Of a stretch of 64,000 bases of DNA, positions 41,389-52,158 are shown piece by piece. Source of the stretch: an uncultured Alphaproteobacteria bacterium (lineage in GTDB: Bacteria > Pseudomonadota > Alphaproteobacteria > SP197). Numbering within the stretch: the first letter of the stretch is position 1; each line of letters opens with the position of its first letter. A program made the position numbers and the translations under genes. Below the pieces are notes generated by a model, which was given only the letters and a program-made list of their open reading frames with translations, was not told the DNA's origin and made no database searches. The stretch is from NCBI GenBank assembly GCA_943787175.1, contig CALSLK010000021.1, positions 9,482-73,481 on the forward strand, read 5' to 3'.

Positions 41389-44300
41389 ATGGTCATGCTG
41401 TTCATCAAGGACATGCTTGCATTGATACGGGTCACGGTTCGGCGTTTGTCGATCCTGGTGATCCTGTTGGCGGTCGTTGTTGTCGCAGTCTGGTTTACGG
41501 CACGGTACGAGGTCGTTGACTGGCTTGTTCGTCGTGGCCTCTATGAAACACCAACGCCGATAGCGACTTACGAGGTCGTTGAGGTCCGTACGGACCGCAT
41601 CGTTCTGGGCGGTGTTGCCATCGACGGGTTGCTATGGGCCGATCGGGTCGAGATTGGCTATAGCCTGCGCCAGGCGGTCGACGGCAGGGTTGGCACCATC
41701 GTGATCCGCGGTGCCGTTTTGCAGGTCTCGCTCGACAGTTCGGGAAATCCAACAGGACCTGCAAGCGATTGGGTCGCGATGCTGGCGCAATCTGAGTCCA
41801 GCGGTATGCCTCCGGCTTTTGAAAACGTGGTGCTGGAAAACGGCATCGTTGATGTCACGGCTCCCTGGTTGCATCTGCGCGCGGATGTTGACGGTGCCTT
41901 GAAAAACAGCCTGATTGCCGTTGATGGTGCGGGAACCTGGCTGGCCAGTTCCTCTATGGGTACCACAGAAGGTTCATTTTCCCTCCACGCTCCTCATGGA
42001 GAGAGTTCTCCAGAGATTACGATCGCGTTCGATACAGGCGATCTCGGCTATCAGGAAATGGTCGCGCAAGGGCTGAACGGAACGATTCAGATTGAAGCTT
42101 CGGGGTCGCCTCAAGTCATAGCTGACCTTCAGGCCAGGTCCCTCAGCACCAGAGACCACATCATTGCACCTCTTGCGCTTAGCGCCACTGTCGATGGCGG
42201 CGATGTAGCCGGACATCTGACGCTTGGTGATGATCTCAGCGCGATGTCTGCTTCGATCGACGTCGAGCTGGACATCGCAACACCAAACGCCCCTGCAACG
42301 GTTACCGCGTGGCTGGACCTGCAGGAAGATTTTACATTTCCCGGGCCACACGAAATCGAAATTCTGGCGCCTGCGCGGCTCGATATGAGTCTGGCCGCAA
42401 CGGCGGGCCCGAATGCCACCGGCCTGACGACAGAAGAATTGATTGAAGCTCTGAACGTCACGGGTGCCGTGGCAATGCATGCAGAGGGACTGATCGTCCC
42501 CGAATCAGCTTCATCTGGCCAGGTTGACCTTGCCTTCAAACTGGACATGGCCATGAGCGAAGCGCTCATGGTGCTTGAGGGTCCTGGTCACATAAGCGGC
42601 ATCCGATATGCAGGCAGCGATGCCACAGTGCCTTCGCCGCCTGCAATTCTAGGACAAACTTACGACCTGAACTTTGATGATCGCGGACTGAGGCTTGCAC
42701 TCGGCCCAACGGATGAGGGTTGGGTCGTTAGTCCCAGGATAACGGCACATCTGAGTGGAAGTGAAAACCTCGATGGAACGATATCCATGGGAGGTACTGC
42801 AGCGTTGGGCACCGCGTGGAATTTGCTCCGCACCTCTGTCTCCACATTCGAAGTGGATCTCCAGGGCCACATATGGCCGGAACTTGCGGAAGGATCACTC
42901 CGGGTCGCGTGTCAGGGTGCGGGATCGGGCGAGAACTTTGATGGCTCGTTCAATCTTCAGGGAAGATTCGACACCTTGCGTCTTCAGGGTGCCGAAGCGA
43001 CCGATGTCGAAATCGACTTGCCTTCGAGCATCACACTGGTTGATGGCGTGCTCAGTGGCACGGTGCACCCCATTGCATTGGCGCGGGCAGAAACTTTGTC
43101 ATGGAACGATGTGCGCATGGTCGGACTGTTGGCGGAATGGCCCCTGCGATATGCCTATTCAGATCAGGCGCTGCACATTTACCTGACCGACACCGGTTGG
43201 GTCGACATCGAGAGCCTTCAGCACCCGGCGTTCAAACTGGACGACGCGATGTCCATCAAGTTCGAGCCTGAACACTTGCCCAATGTGGTGATCGAACAGC
43301 CTGGCAAGGACATCAGCTGGGACATACGTTTGTCTCTCGCGCCATCAGATATCGCACTGACACTTTTAGACCCGGTCGCCGGCCAGGAACTCTCGGTCGT
43401 TGGGCAGCTCCCGCATATGGGGATTCGGTTCGGCAGCCTGGGGATCAGTCATCTGCAGGGCACGATGGAGTCCTCGCTTGGCGACCTTCACCTGATAGGT
43501 CCTGACCTGCGCGTCGCTGGCATCAAGCTGCTGGTTAACTATAACGATGGCCTCTCGCTATGGCCTCAGATCAGTGCCGAGGTTCGCAAGTTTGAAGATC
43601 TGCACACCCCGGCTCGATTTGCCCCTATTGTCGCAGATGCGCAGTTTGCTCCGGTTTGGCCTTCGGGTGGTGACCTGCGCATCACCGGCAACCTCCACAT
43701 GCAGGACCGGCGTTATCTTGCCAATGTCGAAGCAAGTTATGAACCCGGGCCAGACCGCTTCATGGCTCTGATTCGAATGCCGCCAATCCAGTTCGAGCCC
43801 GGTGGCTCCCAACCTGTTGATGTGTCACCGCTCTATGGTGCGTTGCTGGAAGACGCCGAAGGTTCCTTCGAGATTCTAGGCAAGCTGGGCTATGAAAACG
43901 GCAGGCCGACATCTGACATAACGCTGTTCCTACAGGGCCTTTCTGGCCGCAATGGCGATGTCGAACTTGCGGACCTCAATGGTGAAATTACTCTGTCAGA
44001 ACTCGCTCCCTGGACCACACCACCATCACAGACCCTGACTGCCGAAATGCTTGATATCGGCGTTCCTCTGACCGATGTCGAACTCTCACTGTCCCTACCA
44101 GGTGACGACAGCCTTTACCTGGAACTGGGCACGGCAGGCTTCGCAGGTGGAAGTGTTGCTGTTGGCCCCTCGGTTCTTCGATTGGGGCCGGGCCAGAACC
44201 GTATGGAACTCGATGTCACTGGCGTCGATCTGGCTCGACTGCTTGCCTATGCCGAGATTCCGGACCTGGAAGTCGACGCCAGATTATCGGGCTCACTGCC

Positions 44301-44667
44301 CTTGATCATCAGCGACGACGACTTTGCCATCGTGAACGGCCATTTGGAGTCCCAGGCAGCCGGGACGCTGCGATATGTTCCCACTGGAACGGATGTTCCG
44401 CTCGACCTTGGCGAAGAAAACGTTGGTTTGGTGCTGGACGCGCTGTCCAACTTTCATTTCAGCAGAATCGCCATGGACGTCAACAAACCCCTGGACGGGG
44501 CCACAGACCTCACGCTCCATGTCGCGGGTGCCAATCCTGATCTCTATGATGGCTATCCCATCGAGCTCAACGTCAACGTGACCGGAGATCTCGACAAGGT
44601 TGTGCGTGACAGCCTGGCAGGTTGGCGCATCTCCGAGGAACTGAAAGAGCGTCTGTCGGGTTTTTGA
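41389..44667 (+). CDS. ydbH: YdbH/AsmA-like intermembrane lipid transport protein
   Basis: 1092 aa, N-terminal TM, C-terminal LSGSLPL...ALSNFHF...GANPDL..GYPIELNVNV; followed by ynbE/ydbL. Confidence 0.85.
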   Translation: MVMLFIKDMLALIRVTVRRLSILVILLAVVVVAVWFTARYEVVDWLVRRGLYETPTPIATYEVVEVRTDRIVLGGVAIDGLLWADRVEIGYSLRQAVDGRVGTIVIRGAVLQVSLDSSGNPTGPASDWVAMLAQSESSGMPPAFENVVLENGIVDVTAPWLHLRADVDGALKNSLIAVDGAGTWLASSSMGTTEGSFSLHAPHGESSPEITIAFDTGDLGYQEMVAQGLNGTIQIEASGSPQVIADLQARSLSTRDHIIAPLALSATVDGGDVAGHLTLGDDLSAMSASIDVELDIATPNAPATVTAWLDLQEDFTFPGPHEIEILAPARLDMSLAATAGPNATGLTTEELIEALNVTGAVAMHAEGLIVPESASSGQVDLAFKLDMAMSEALMVLEGPGHISGIRYAGSDATVPSPPAILGQTYDLNFDDRGLRLALGPTDEGWVVSPRITAHLSGSENLDGTISMGGTAALGTAWNLLRTSVSTFEVDLQGHIWPELAEGSLRVACQGAGSGENFDGSFNLQGRFDTLRLQGAEATDVEIDLPSSITLVDGVLSGTVHPIALARAETLSWNDVRMVGLLAEWPLRYAYSDQALHIYLTDTGWVDIESLQHPAFKLDDAMSIKFEPEHLPNVVIEQPGKDISWDIRLSLAPSDIALTLLDPVAGQELSVVGQLPHMGIRFGSLGISHLQGTMESSLGDLHLIGPDLRVAGIKLLVNYNDGLSLWPQISAEVRKFEDLHTPARFAPIVADAQFAPVWPSGGDLRITGNLHMQDRRYLANVEASYEPGPDRFMALIRMPPIQFEPGGSQPVDVSPLYGALLEDAEGSFEILGKLGYENGRPTSDITLFLQGLSGRNGDVELADLNGEITLSELAPWTTPPSQTLTAEMLDIGVPLTDVELSLSLPGDDSLYLELGTAGFAGGSVAVGPSVLRLGPGQNRMELDVTGVDLARLLAYAEIPDLEVDARLSGSLPLIISDDDFAIVNGHLESQAAGTLRYVPTGTDVPLDLGEENVGLVLDALSNFHFSRIAMDVNKPLDGATDLTLHVAGANPDLYDGYPIELNVNVTGDLDKVVRDSLAGWRISEELKERLSGF

Positions 44668-44698
44668 CACAAACGCGTGTCAGTAAAGGAAGCAGTAT

Positions 44699-44917
44699 AT
44701 GGAAGTACGCATGAGATCTGACCGCAGACGACTTCTTGCCCTCCCGGTTTTGGCAGTGACCGGCCTGTTTGTGACCGCCTGCCAGCCCACGGTACGTCTG
44801 GAGGCGCCCAAGGAACCGATCGTGATCAATCTCAACGTCAAGATTGAACAGGAAGTTCGGGTCAAACTGGAGAAAGACGTAGAGGCCTTGTTGGAGGATG
44901 ACGATGCACTGTTTTGA
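44699..44917 (+). CDS. ynbE: YnbE family lipoprotein
   Basis: TACQPTVRLEAPKEPIVINLNVKIEQEVRVK. Confidence 0.92.
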   Translation: MEVRMRSDRRRLLALPVLAVTGLFVTACQPTVRLEAPKEPIVINLNVKIEQEVRVKLEKDVEALLEDDDALF

Positions 44918-45260
44918 GATAACTCGCCGACGGATGCTGGGCATGATTGCCGGTGCTGCTGCCATGATTGCCTTACCCGGCCTTGCCTTTGCACAGAGCC
45001 TCGATGAAGCCCGTCAACTTGGCTACCTGGGCGAACGCCCCGATGGCTACCTTGCCCAACGTGACCCATCCGCACCGTCCTGGGCGACAGAACTGCTGAC
45101 TGAAATCAACAAGGGCCGCGAGCTCAAATATACGGAACTGGCACTCAAGAACGGGACATCCCTGGACGCGGTGCAGGTGGTTGCCGGCGAGAAGATCATC
45201 CAAAGCCTCGCTCCAGGCACCTACTACATGGACGCAACGGGTAACTGGGTGCAAAAATAG
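44898..45260 (+). CDS. ydbL: YdbL (DUF1318) family protein
   Basis: LDEAR..G.LGERPDGYL, IN..R...Y, G.Y......W. Confidence 0.9.
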   Translation: MTMHCFEITRRRMLGMIAGAAAMIALPGLAFAQSLDEARQLGYLGERPDGYLAQRDPSAPSWATELLTEINKGRELKYTELALKNGTSLDAVQVVAGEKIIQSLAPGTYYMDATGNWVQK

Positions 45261-45296
45261 CGGCTCCTCATCGCTTTCCGCTGTAGTCTGGTTCCC

Positions 45297-46217
45297 ATGT
45301 CCCTGCCCTCTTCGATTGATGCGACCGTGGCGCTGCTGGAATCGGCCGACTATGTCGCCGACCGCAGCCTTGCCACCAGTCTTTATCTTGCCCTGACCAT
45401 GGGTCGCCCGTTGTTTCTTGAGGGCGAAGCTGGCGTCGGCAAGACCGAAACTGCAAAGGTCCTGGCTGCAACGCTTGGCCGCGATCTGATCCGGTTGCAG
45501 TGCTATGAGGGCCTGGACGCTGCCCATGCCGTGTATGAGTGGAACTATCCCCGCCAGATGGTCGAGATCCGGCTGGCCGAGGCGAGCGGCCCTGTCGACC
45601 GCGAACAGATCAGCCGCGACATCTATAGCGAAGAATTTCTGGTCCGCCGTCCGATCCTCCAGGCACTAGAAGAGCACGAGGGCGGTCCACCTGTCCTGCT
45701 GATTGACGAACTGGACCGCACAGACGAGCCCTTTGAGGCCTACCTGCTGGAGGTTCTTTCGGACTTTCAGGTCACGATTCCTGAATTCGGCACGATCAGG
45801 GCACAAGAGCCGCCCATCGTCATCATCACGTCAAACCGGACGCGTGAGATTCACGACGCTCTGAAACGCCGATGCCTCTATGCCTGGATCGACTACCCCT
45901 CTGCCGTGCGCGAGCTCGATATCCTGCGGCGCAAGATGCCCAACTGCAGTGAACAGCTGTCTGCAGAGATCGTGGGGTTTGTGCAGGCCCTGCGCGACCG
46001 TGACCTCTTTAAGATGCCCGGCATTGCTGAGACCCTGGACTGGGCCACGGCTCTGGTCAGCCTGGACGCCATGACCCTGAATGCCCAGACGGTCGATGAC
46101 ACACTGGGCGTCCTGCTGAAGTACCAGGACGATATTGCGCGTATCAAAGGCACGGAAGCCGCAGGGCTTCTGGACCAGCTCCGCGCCAACATGGCCGTCG
46201 AAGCGGCCGCCCAATGA
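45297..46217 (+). CDS. coxD: MoxR-family AAA+ ATPase CoxD
   Basis: GEAGVGKT, RLQCYEG, LLIDE, TSNRTREIHDALKRRC. Confidence 0.93.
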   Translation: MSLPSSIDATVALLESADYVADRSLATSLYLALTMGRPLFLEGEAGVGKTETAKVLAATLGRDLIRLQCYEGLDAAHAVYEWNYPRQMVEIRLAEASGPVDREQISRDIYSEEFLVRRPILQALEEHEGGPPVLLIDELDRTDEPFEAYLLEVLSDFQVTIPEFGTIRAQEPPIVIITSNRTREIHDALKRRCLYAWIDYPSAVRELDILRRKMPNCSEQLSAEIVGFVQALRDRDLFKMPGIAETLDWATALVSLDAMTLNAQTVDDTLGVLLKYQDDIARIKGTEAAGLLDQLRANMAVEAAAQ

Positions 46218-47422
46218 CAGCAACCGACCGCGCCGGTCGGCTGGCCGACAACATCATGCATTTTGCCCGCGCATTACGGGCAACGGGCGTTCCTGTCGGT
46301 CCAGGCAGCGTGCTTGATGCACTTCAGGCCGTCGAGGCCGCCGGCATAAGACGCCGCGAAGATTTTTACTGGACACTGCACAGTGTGTTTGTCCATCGCC
46401 GCGAACAACGCGATCTGTTTGACCAGATATTTCACCTGTTCTGGCGCGACCCCAAACTTCTTGAACGCATGCTGGGGCTTTCGCTTCCTTCGCTTGCGGC
46501 CGATTTCCAAGACCACACGGACCCAGTTGCCCGCCGCGTCGCCGAAGCCATGGGCTTGGGTGACAAGGAAAATCAGGCGCAGGACGACGAGGTCGAGTTC
46601 GATATGACCATGACATTTTCCGATCAGGAAAACCTGCGTCAGATGGACTTTGACGATATGTCGGCAGAGGAGACAGAAGCCGCCAGAAAAGCAATCGCGC
46701 GCATGCGTATGTCCTTCGAACGTATCCGCTCACGCCGCTTGATCCCAAGCTCGACAGGTTCCCGCATCGACCTGCGTCGAACCCTGCGTGAAGCCCCACG
46801 TTCTGCCCACGGCATCATGCCTCTTCATCGCGTTCGCCAGGATCATAGACCGCCTGTCCTGGTACTCATATGCGACATCTCCGGGTCCATGACGGGTTAC
46901 AGCCGCATGCTGATCCACTTTGCTCATGCGCTGACCAACGACCAGCATCGCGTACACACCTTTGCGTTCGGCACGCGCCTGACCAACATCACGCGCGACT
47001 TGCGCAATCGCGATGTTGACCTGGCTTTGACAAAGGTTGCCAAACGGGTCGATGACTGGTCTGGCGGCACCAAGATCAGCGGCTGCCTGCATGACTTCAA
47101 TCGCGACTGGTCCCGCCGGGTTCTTGGCCAGGGAGCCGTTGTGGTGCTGGTGACAGACGGCCTGGACCGCGATACCGATGGCGGCCTGGCGCACGAAATG
47201 ACTCTGCTGCAGCGGTCCTGTCGCAGATTGATCTGGCTGAATCCCCTGTTGCGCTGGCGCGGTTTTGAGCCGAGATCATGGGGAATTCGCACCATGCTTC
47301 CCCATGTCGATGCCTTCAGAGCCTGCCATAATCTCGATAGCCTGGAAGACCTCGCACGTTCCCTTTCCGGCGAGGATCAGAGTGCTGACGAGGAGATGAA
47401 ACGATGGCTGAACGCAGCATGA
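46214..47422 (+). CDS. coxE: VWA-domain protein CoxE
   Basis: DISGSM, FGTRLTNIT, DWSGGT, TDGLD, LIWLNPL. Confidence 0.93.
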   Translation: MTATDRAGRLADNIMHFARALRATGVPVGPGSVLDALQAVEAAGIRRREDFYWTLHSVFVHRREQRDLFDQIFHLFWRDPKLLERMLGLSLPSLAADFQDHTDPVARRVAEAMGLGDKENQAQDDEVEFDMTMTFSDQENLRQMDFDDMSAEETEAARKAIARMRMSFERIRSRRLIPSSTGSRIDLRRTLREAPRSAHGIMPLHRVRQDHRPPVLVLICDISGSMTGYSRMLIHFAHALTNDQHRVHTFAFGTRLTNITRDLRNRDVDLALTKVAKRVDDWSGGTKISGCLHDFNRDWSRRVLGQGAVVVLVTDGLDRDTDGGLAHEMTLLQRSCRRLIWLNPLLRWRGFEPRSWGIRTMLPHVDAFRACHNLDSLEDLARSLSGEDQSADEEMKRWLNAA

Positions 47423-47733
47423 ACGAAGACGTCCTGCACATTGCACAGGCCTGGCATGAGGCGGGACAGCGTGTCGCGCTTGCAACCGTCACAGCGACCT
47501 GGGGTTCCAGTCCGCGTCCGGTCGGAAGCTTGCTGGCGGTGCGCGAAGACGGCAGCTTTGAAGGCTCGGTCTCCGGCGGCTGCATCGAGGGTTCCGTGAT
47601 CGGAGAAGCCCGGAATGCCATGTCCGACGGTAAAGTCCGCAATCTTGAATTCTCCGTCAGCAACGAAACCGCCTGGGAAGTCGGTCTGACCTGCGGCGGC
47701 ACCGTGCGTGTCTTTGTCGAGCCGCTATCATGA
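47419..47733 (+). CDS. XdhC/CoxI N-terminal domain protein
   Basis: TWGSSPRPVGS, GSVSGGCIEG, GLTCGG. Confidence 0.92.
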   Translation: MNEDVLHIAQAWHEAGQRVALATVTATWGSSPRPVGSLLAVREDGSFEGSVSGGCIEGSVIGEARNAMSDGKVRNLEFSVSNETAWEVGLTCGGTVRVFVEPLS

Positions 47734-48410
47734 AGATGGCAACGCTTCGGGCCCTCAATGAGGCCCGCAACGCCAAACGCGCTGTCGTATTGGCAACATG
47801 GCTCGATACAGGTGAAGAACGTCTGATCGGGTTGGATGAGCCCGTTGAAGAGTCTATTTCAGCAGCCGTGGCCGAAGCATTCGCCCATGATCGCTCGACG
47901 ACCGTCGAGGTTGATGGACGCGATCTCTTTCTCAATGTCTTTAATCCACCCCTGCGTCTTGTCGTCATCGGCGCGGTCCATGTCGCTCAGCCCCTGGCAA
48001 CCTTGGCGCAGACTGTCGGCTACGATGTCACCATCGTCGATCCACGTCGTGCCTGGTCCGATCCGGCACGGTTCCCGGGCATCCGTGTTCTCAACACATG
48101 GCCAGACGATGCCTTGAAGACACTCGAACTCGATCATCGCACCGCCGTGGCAACCTTGACCCACGACCCCAAGATCGACGATCCGGCGCTGCACATCGCA
48201 CTTCGCGCACCGGTATTTTACGTTGGCTCTCTGGGCAGCAGACGCACCCATGCCAAACGCCTGGACCGCCTTCATGAGGCTGGTTTCAGTACGACAGAAA
48301 CCGACAGGATCAACGCCCCAATCGGCTTGGATATCGGTGCCCGATCCCATGCAGAAATCGCACTTTCGGTGATGGCCGAAGTCGTCGCTGCGCAACATGG
48401 CAAACTCTGA
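47730..48410 (+). CDS. XdhC/CoxF Rossmann-domain protein
   Basis: IGAVHVAQ, DPR, THDPKIDD, YVGSLGSR, APIGLDIGA. Confidence 0.92.
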   Translation: MKMATLRALNEARNAKRAVVLATWLDTGEERLIGLDEPVEESISAAVAEAFAHDRSTTVEVDGRDLFLNVFNPPLRLVVIGAVHVAQPLATLAQTVGYDVTIVDPRRAWSDPARFPGIRVLNTWPDDALKTLELDHRTAVATLTHDPKIDDPALHIALRAPVFYVGSLGSRRTHAKRLDRLHEAGFSTTETDRINAPIGLDIGARSHAEIALSVMAEVVAAQHGKL

Positions 48411-50030
48411 TGATCTTTGATGAGATTCCAACACCAGAGGCTGCCGGTGCCATCCTCGTGCACAGCACACGCTGCGGCGATCGCACACTCAAGAAGGGCC
48501 TCCATCTGACGGCTGAGCATGTGGCATCGTTAGATGGCATCGGGTGTCGAGAACATCACCGTTGCACGTCTGGAACCCGGAGACGTCCACGAGGACGAAG
48601 CGGCCCGCCTGCTCGCTGACGCTCTGGCTGGCGAGAACCTGACAGTCAAGGCACCCTTTACCGGCCGCGCCAATCTGCATGCTGGGCTGGACGGCCTTGC
48701 CAGTCTGGACATCCAGGCCATCGATGCGGTCAACATGGTCGACGAAGCGGTCACCGTGGCTACTGTCCCTTCCTTCGAGCGCGTGACATCCGGGCAGATG
48801 GTTGCCACGGTCAAGATCATCCCCTTCGCCGTTCCAAAAGAGACGCTCGATCTGTGCCTTGCTGCGGCAAGCACATCAAATGGTGCAATCGGCGTCGCTG
48901 GTTTCCGCGGCCATCGTGTCGCCCTCATCCTGACCCGCACGGCTGCCATCAAGGACCGTGTCCTCGACAAGACCGCCGATGTGGTTGAAACCCGCCTCGC
49001 CTCTCTTGGCATGCACTTAAGCCGTCAGGAACGCGTGCCGCACCGCGGGCAGGAACTGGCGCAGGCGATTAAGACCCTTGCCTGCGAACATGACCTGGTT
49101 CTGGTGTATGGCGCATCAGCCATTACCGACCGCCGGGACGTCGTGCCTGCGGCCATCGAGCAGGCAGGTGGCTACGTTGACCATTTGGGCATGCCGGTCG
49201 ATCCGGGAAACCTCCTGCTCCTCGGACATCTTGATGACACGACCGTTCTGGGACTGCCCGGTTGTGCGCGATCTCCCAAACTGAACGGATTCGATTGGGT
49301 GCTACAGCGTTTGGCAGCAGGCCTTCAGGTCACGGGCCGTGACATCATGGCGATGGGTGTCGGTGGTTTGTTGAAAGAAATCCCACTGCGGCCCCGGCCA
49401 CGCGAGCAGACCGAAGACGATCAGGACCGTGCAGACCGTCGCGCAGGTGTTGCCGCACTGGTCCTTGCTGCAGGCCAGTCACGCCGCATGGGGCCTGCCA
49501 ACAAGCTACTGATTCCGGTCGATGACAAACCCATGGTGCGCCACGTCGTCGATGCCTTGGAGGGTGCACGCATAGAGACCGTCCACGTCGTGATCGGCCA
49601 TGAAGCAGAAGCCGTCAAACAGGTGCTGACCGGTCACAACGTTTCCTTCACCCTAAACCCGCACTTCGATGAAGGGTTGAGCACCTCCCTTCAGGCAGGT
49701 CTTGCCGCATTACCCGACGACATTGACGCCGTTCTGGTTTGCCTGGGTGACATGCCGGGTATCCGCGCAACCGACATCGAAGCCATCATCCGTGCCTACG
49801 ATCCGTCCGAAGGCCACGCCATTGTGGTTCCCACCCACCAGGGCAAGCGGGGCAATCCGGTACTTTGGGATCGCCGCTTCTTCGAAGCCATGACATCGAT
49901 TTCCGGTGACACGGGTGCCCGTCACCTGATCGGCGAAAACGAAGACCTTGTGATTGAAGTCAAGATGGCTGATTCGGCTGTTCTGGAAGACTTCGATACC
50001 CCTGAAAGCCTGACATCACGGCAATCCTGA
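48410..50030 (+). CDS. mocA: Molybdopterin-binding / MocA-like nucleotidyltransferase fusion (frameshift near 48531)
   Basis: GMPVDPGNLL, GLPGCARSP, VLAAGQSRRMG..NKLL, LGDMP, GNPV, GDTGAR. Confidence 0.88.
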
Positions 50031-50118
50031 CATCATCGCGACTCCTGCTGGTCGCATCCGGGCTCGCTTTCGTGCCAGCAATTCTGCACTCTCGCCGCCG
50101 ATTCGCGAGGACCGCATC

Positions 50119-51348
50119 ATGACCGTGACCCTGGAAGACATCCGTGACGCCGCCAAACTGCTGGACGGCCAGATCATCAAGACGCCGTGCACGGTTTCAC
50201 GCACGCTCTCTGAGATCAGCGGTGCAACCGTTTATGTAAAATTCGAGAACCAGCAGTTCACTGCATCGTTCAAGGATCGCGGCGCTCTGGTAAAGATGGC
50301 AACACTCGATGATGCGCAGCGCGCCAAGGGCGTCATTGCCATGTCGGCTGGCAACCATGCCCAGGCCGTGGCCTATCACGCGCAGCGCCTCGGGATTCCG
50401 GCAACCATCGTGATGCCCCAGGGCGCGCCGACCGTGAAGGTCAAAAACACCCGCAGATTCGGTGCCAAGGTTATCCTGACCGGTGAGACAATCGACGATG
50501 CAGCAGTTGCAGCACGCCAGATCGCGGCTGATGAAGGTCTGACCTTTGTCCACCCCTATGACGACGAGAAAGTCATGACCGGCCAGGGCACCGTGGGCCT
50601 GGAAATGATGGAATGCGCACCTGACCTGGACGCGATCATCGTTCCGATTGGCGGCGGCGGACTGATCGGGGGCATCGCCATCGCCGCCAAGGCAATCAAT
50701 CCTGATATCGAAATCTATGGCGTGGAAGCCGCCCTGTTTCCGTCGATGTATCAGTCGATGCAAGGGCTCACGGTCAAGGCCGGCGGCCGCACGATCGCTG
50801 ACGGTATCGCGGTCAAAACACCCGGCAAGGTCACCATGCCGGTCATCAAGGAGCACGTTGAAGACATCATGCTGGTGACCGAAGACCAGTTGGAACACGG
50901 CGTCCAGATGTATCTCGAGATTGAAAAGACTGTGGCAGAGGGAGGCGGCGCTGCGCCGCTGGCCGCGCTACTTGCCCACCCCGACCGTTTTTCGGGAAAG
51001 AAGGTGGGCCTGGTGCTGACCGGCGGCAACATCGACAGCCGCATCGTTTCAGCCGTGATCGAACATGGCCTTGTGCGCGACGGCCGCATGGTGCGCCTGC
51101 GCATCGAAATCTCCGATGCACCGGGGACGTTGGGACTGATTGCCCAGATCATCGGCAAGTGTGATGCCAACATCATCGAGGTCTATCATCAACGTGCTTT
51201 CTCCAGCCTGCCGGTCAAGCTGGCCGAGCTCGATATTGTGGTCGAAACGCTCGACCGCGATCATGTCGCCGACGTCGTCAGCCATCTGACAGCAGCTGGA
51301 TTCACCGTTAAACCGGTCGGCCCAGACGCATCTTCCCTGACCACCTGA
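50119..51348 (+). CDS. ilvA: Threonine ammonia-lyase with ACT domain
   Basis: ASFKDRGA, SAGNHAQ, GQGT, GGGGL, GGNID, C-terminal ACT. Confidence 0.92.
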   Translation: MTVTLEDIRDAAKLLDGQIIKTPCTVSRTLSEISGATVYVKFENQQFTASFKDRGALVKMATLDDAQRAKGVIAMSAGNHAQAVAYHAQRLGIPATIVMPQGAPTVKVKNTRRFGAKVILTGETIDDAAVAARQIAADEGLTFVHPYDDEKVMTGQGTVGLEMMECAPDLDAIIVPIGGGGLIGGIAIAAKAINPDIEIYGVEAALFPSMYQSMQGLTVKAGGRTIADGIAVKTPGKVTMPVIKEHVEDIMLVTEDQLEHGVQMYLEIEKTVAEGGGAAPLAALLAHPDRFSGKKVGLVLTGGNIDSRIVSAVIEHGLVRDGRMVRLRIEISDAPGTLGLIAQIIGKCDANIIEVYHQRAFSSLPVKLAELDIVVETLDRDHVADVVSHLTAAGFTVKPVGPDASSLTT

Positions 51349-51412
51349 CCCTGTGAACAGCGATGTCTGAGACAGTTGACGGGTGCCTGCTAGATCGAGA
51401 AACTCCGACCCC

Positions 51413-52147
51413 ATGAAAAACAAGGTTATCTGCGTCGTTCACGGTGAAGAGTCCAACACGGGCCGCATCGGCCGCGTGGTCCGCGACAAGGGCTTCGAGG
51501 AAGTGCGCTGCTGCGTGAAAATGGGCGATACCCTGCCTGAGCAGTTCGACGAAATCGCCGGCGCAGTGATCTTCGGCGGCCCCATGAGCGCCAACGATGA
51601 CGACACTCTCGATTTTCTGGCCAAGGAGCTGCGCTGGATCGACACGGTGATGGCTGCAGACGTTCCGTTCCTGGGCGTTTGCCTGGGCGCACAGATGCTG
51701 GCGCGGACTATGGGCGCCACCGTCAAACCGCATGATGAGGGTTGGCACGAGATCGGCTACACCCAGATTGTCCCCACCCGAGCCGACTGCGACATCCTGG
51801 GCGGCATGCGCCATTTCTACCAATGGCACGGCGAAGGTTTTGAAATCCCTTCAGGTTGCGATCATCTGGCAACTGGCGCATCAGGCCACTTTCCCAACCA
51901 GATGTTCCGCGCCGCACCCCATGCCTATGGCGTGCAATTCCATCCCGAGTGCACGCTCGACATCGTCCAGTGCTGGATGACCGAAGCGGCTCACAAGCTG
52001 GAAGAACGCGGCGCTCAGCAGCCCCATGAACAGCTCGCCAACGCTGAAAAGTACGATCACCTGGTCGAAGCCTGGGTGCCGGGATTCATTGATCGTTGGC
52101 TTGGCCTTGCCCCAGTGTCAGCAACTGCGCGTGCAGCTGCCGAGTAA
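51413..52147 (+). CDS. Class I glutamine amidotransferase-like protein
   Basis: GGPMSAND, GVCLGAQ, WHGEGF, QFHPE. Confidence 0.92.
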   Translation: MKNKVICVVHGEESNTGRIGRVVRDKGFEEVRCCVKMGDTLPEQFDEIAGAVIFGGPMSANDDDTLDFLAKELRWIDTVMAADVPFLGVCLGAQMLARTMGATVKPHDEGWHEIGYTQIVPTRADCDILGGMRHFYQWHGEGFEIPSGCDHLATGASGHFPNQMFRAAPHAYGVQFHPECTLDIVQCWMTEAAHKLEERGAQQPHEQLANAEKYDHLVEAWVPGFIDRWLGLAPVSATARAAAE

Positions 52148-52158
52148 ATCCAGTGCGA

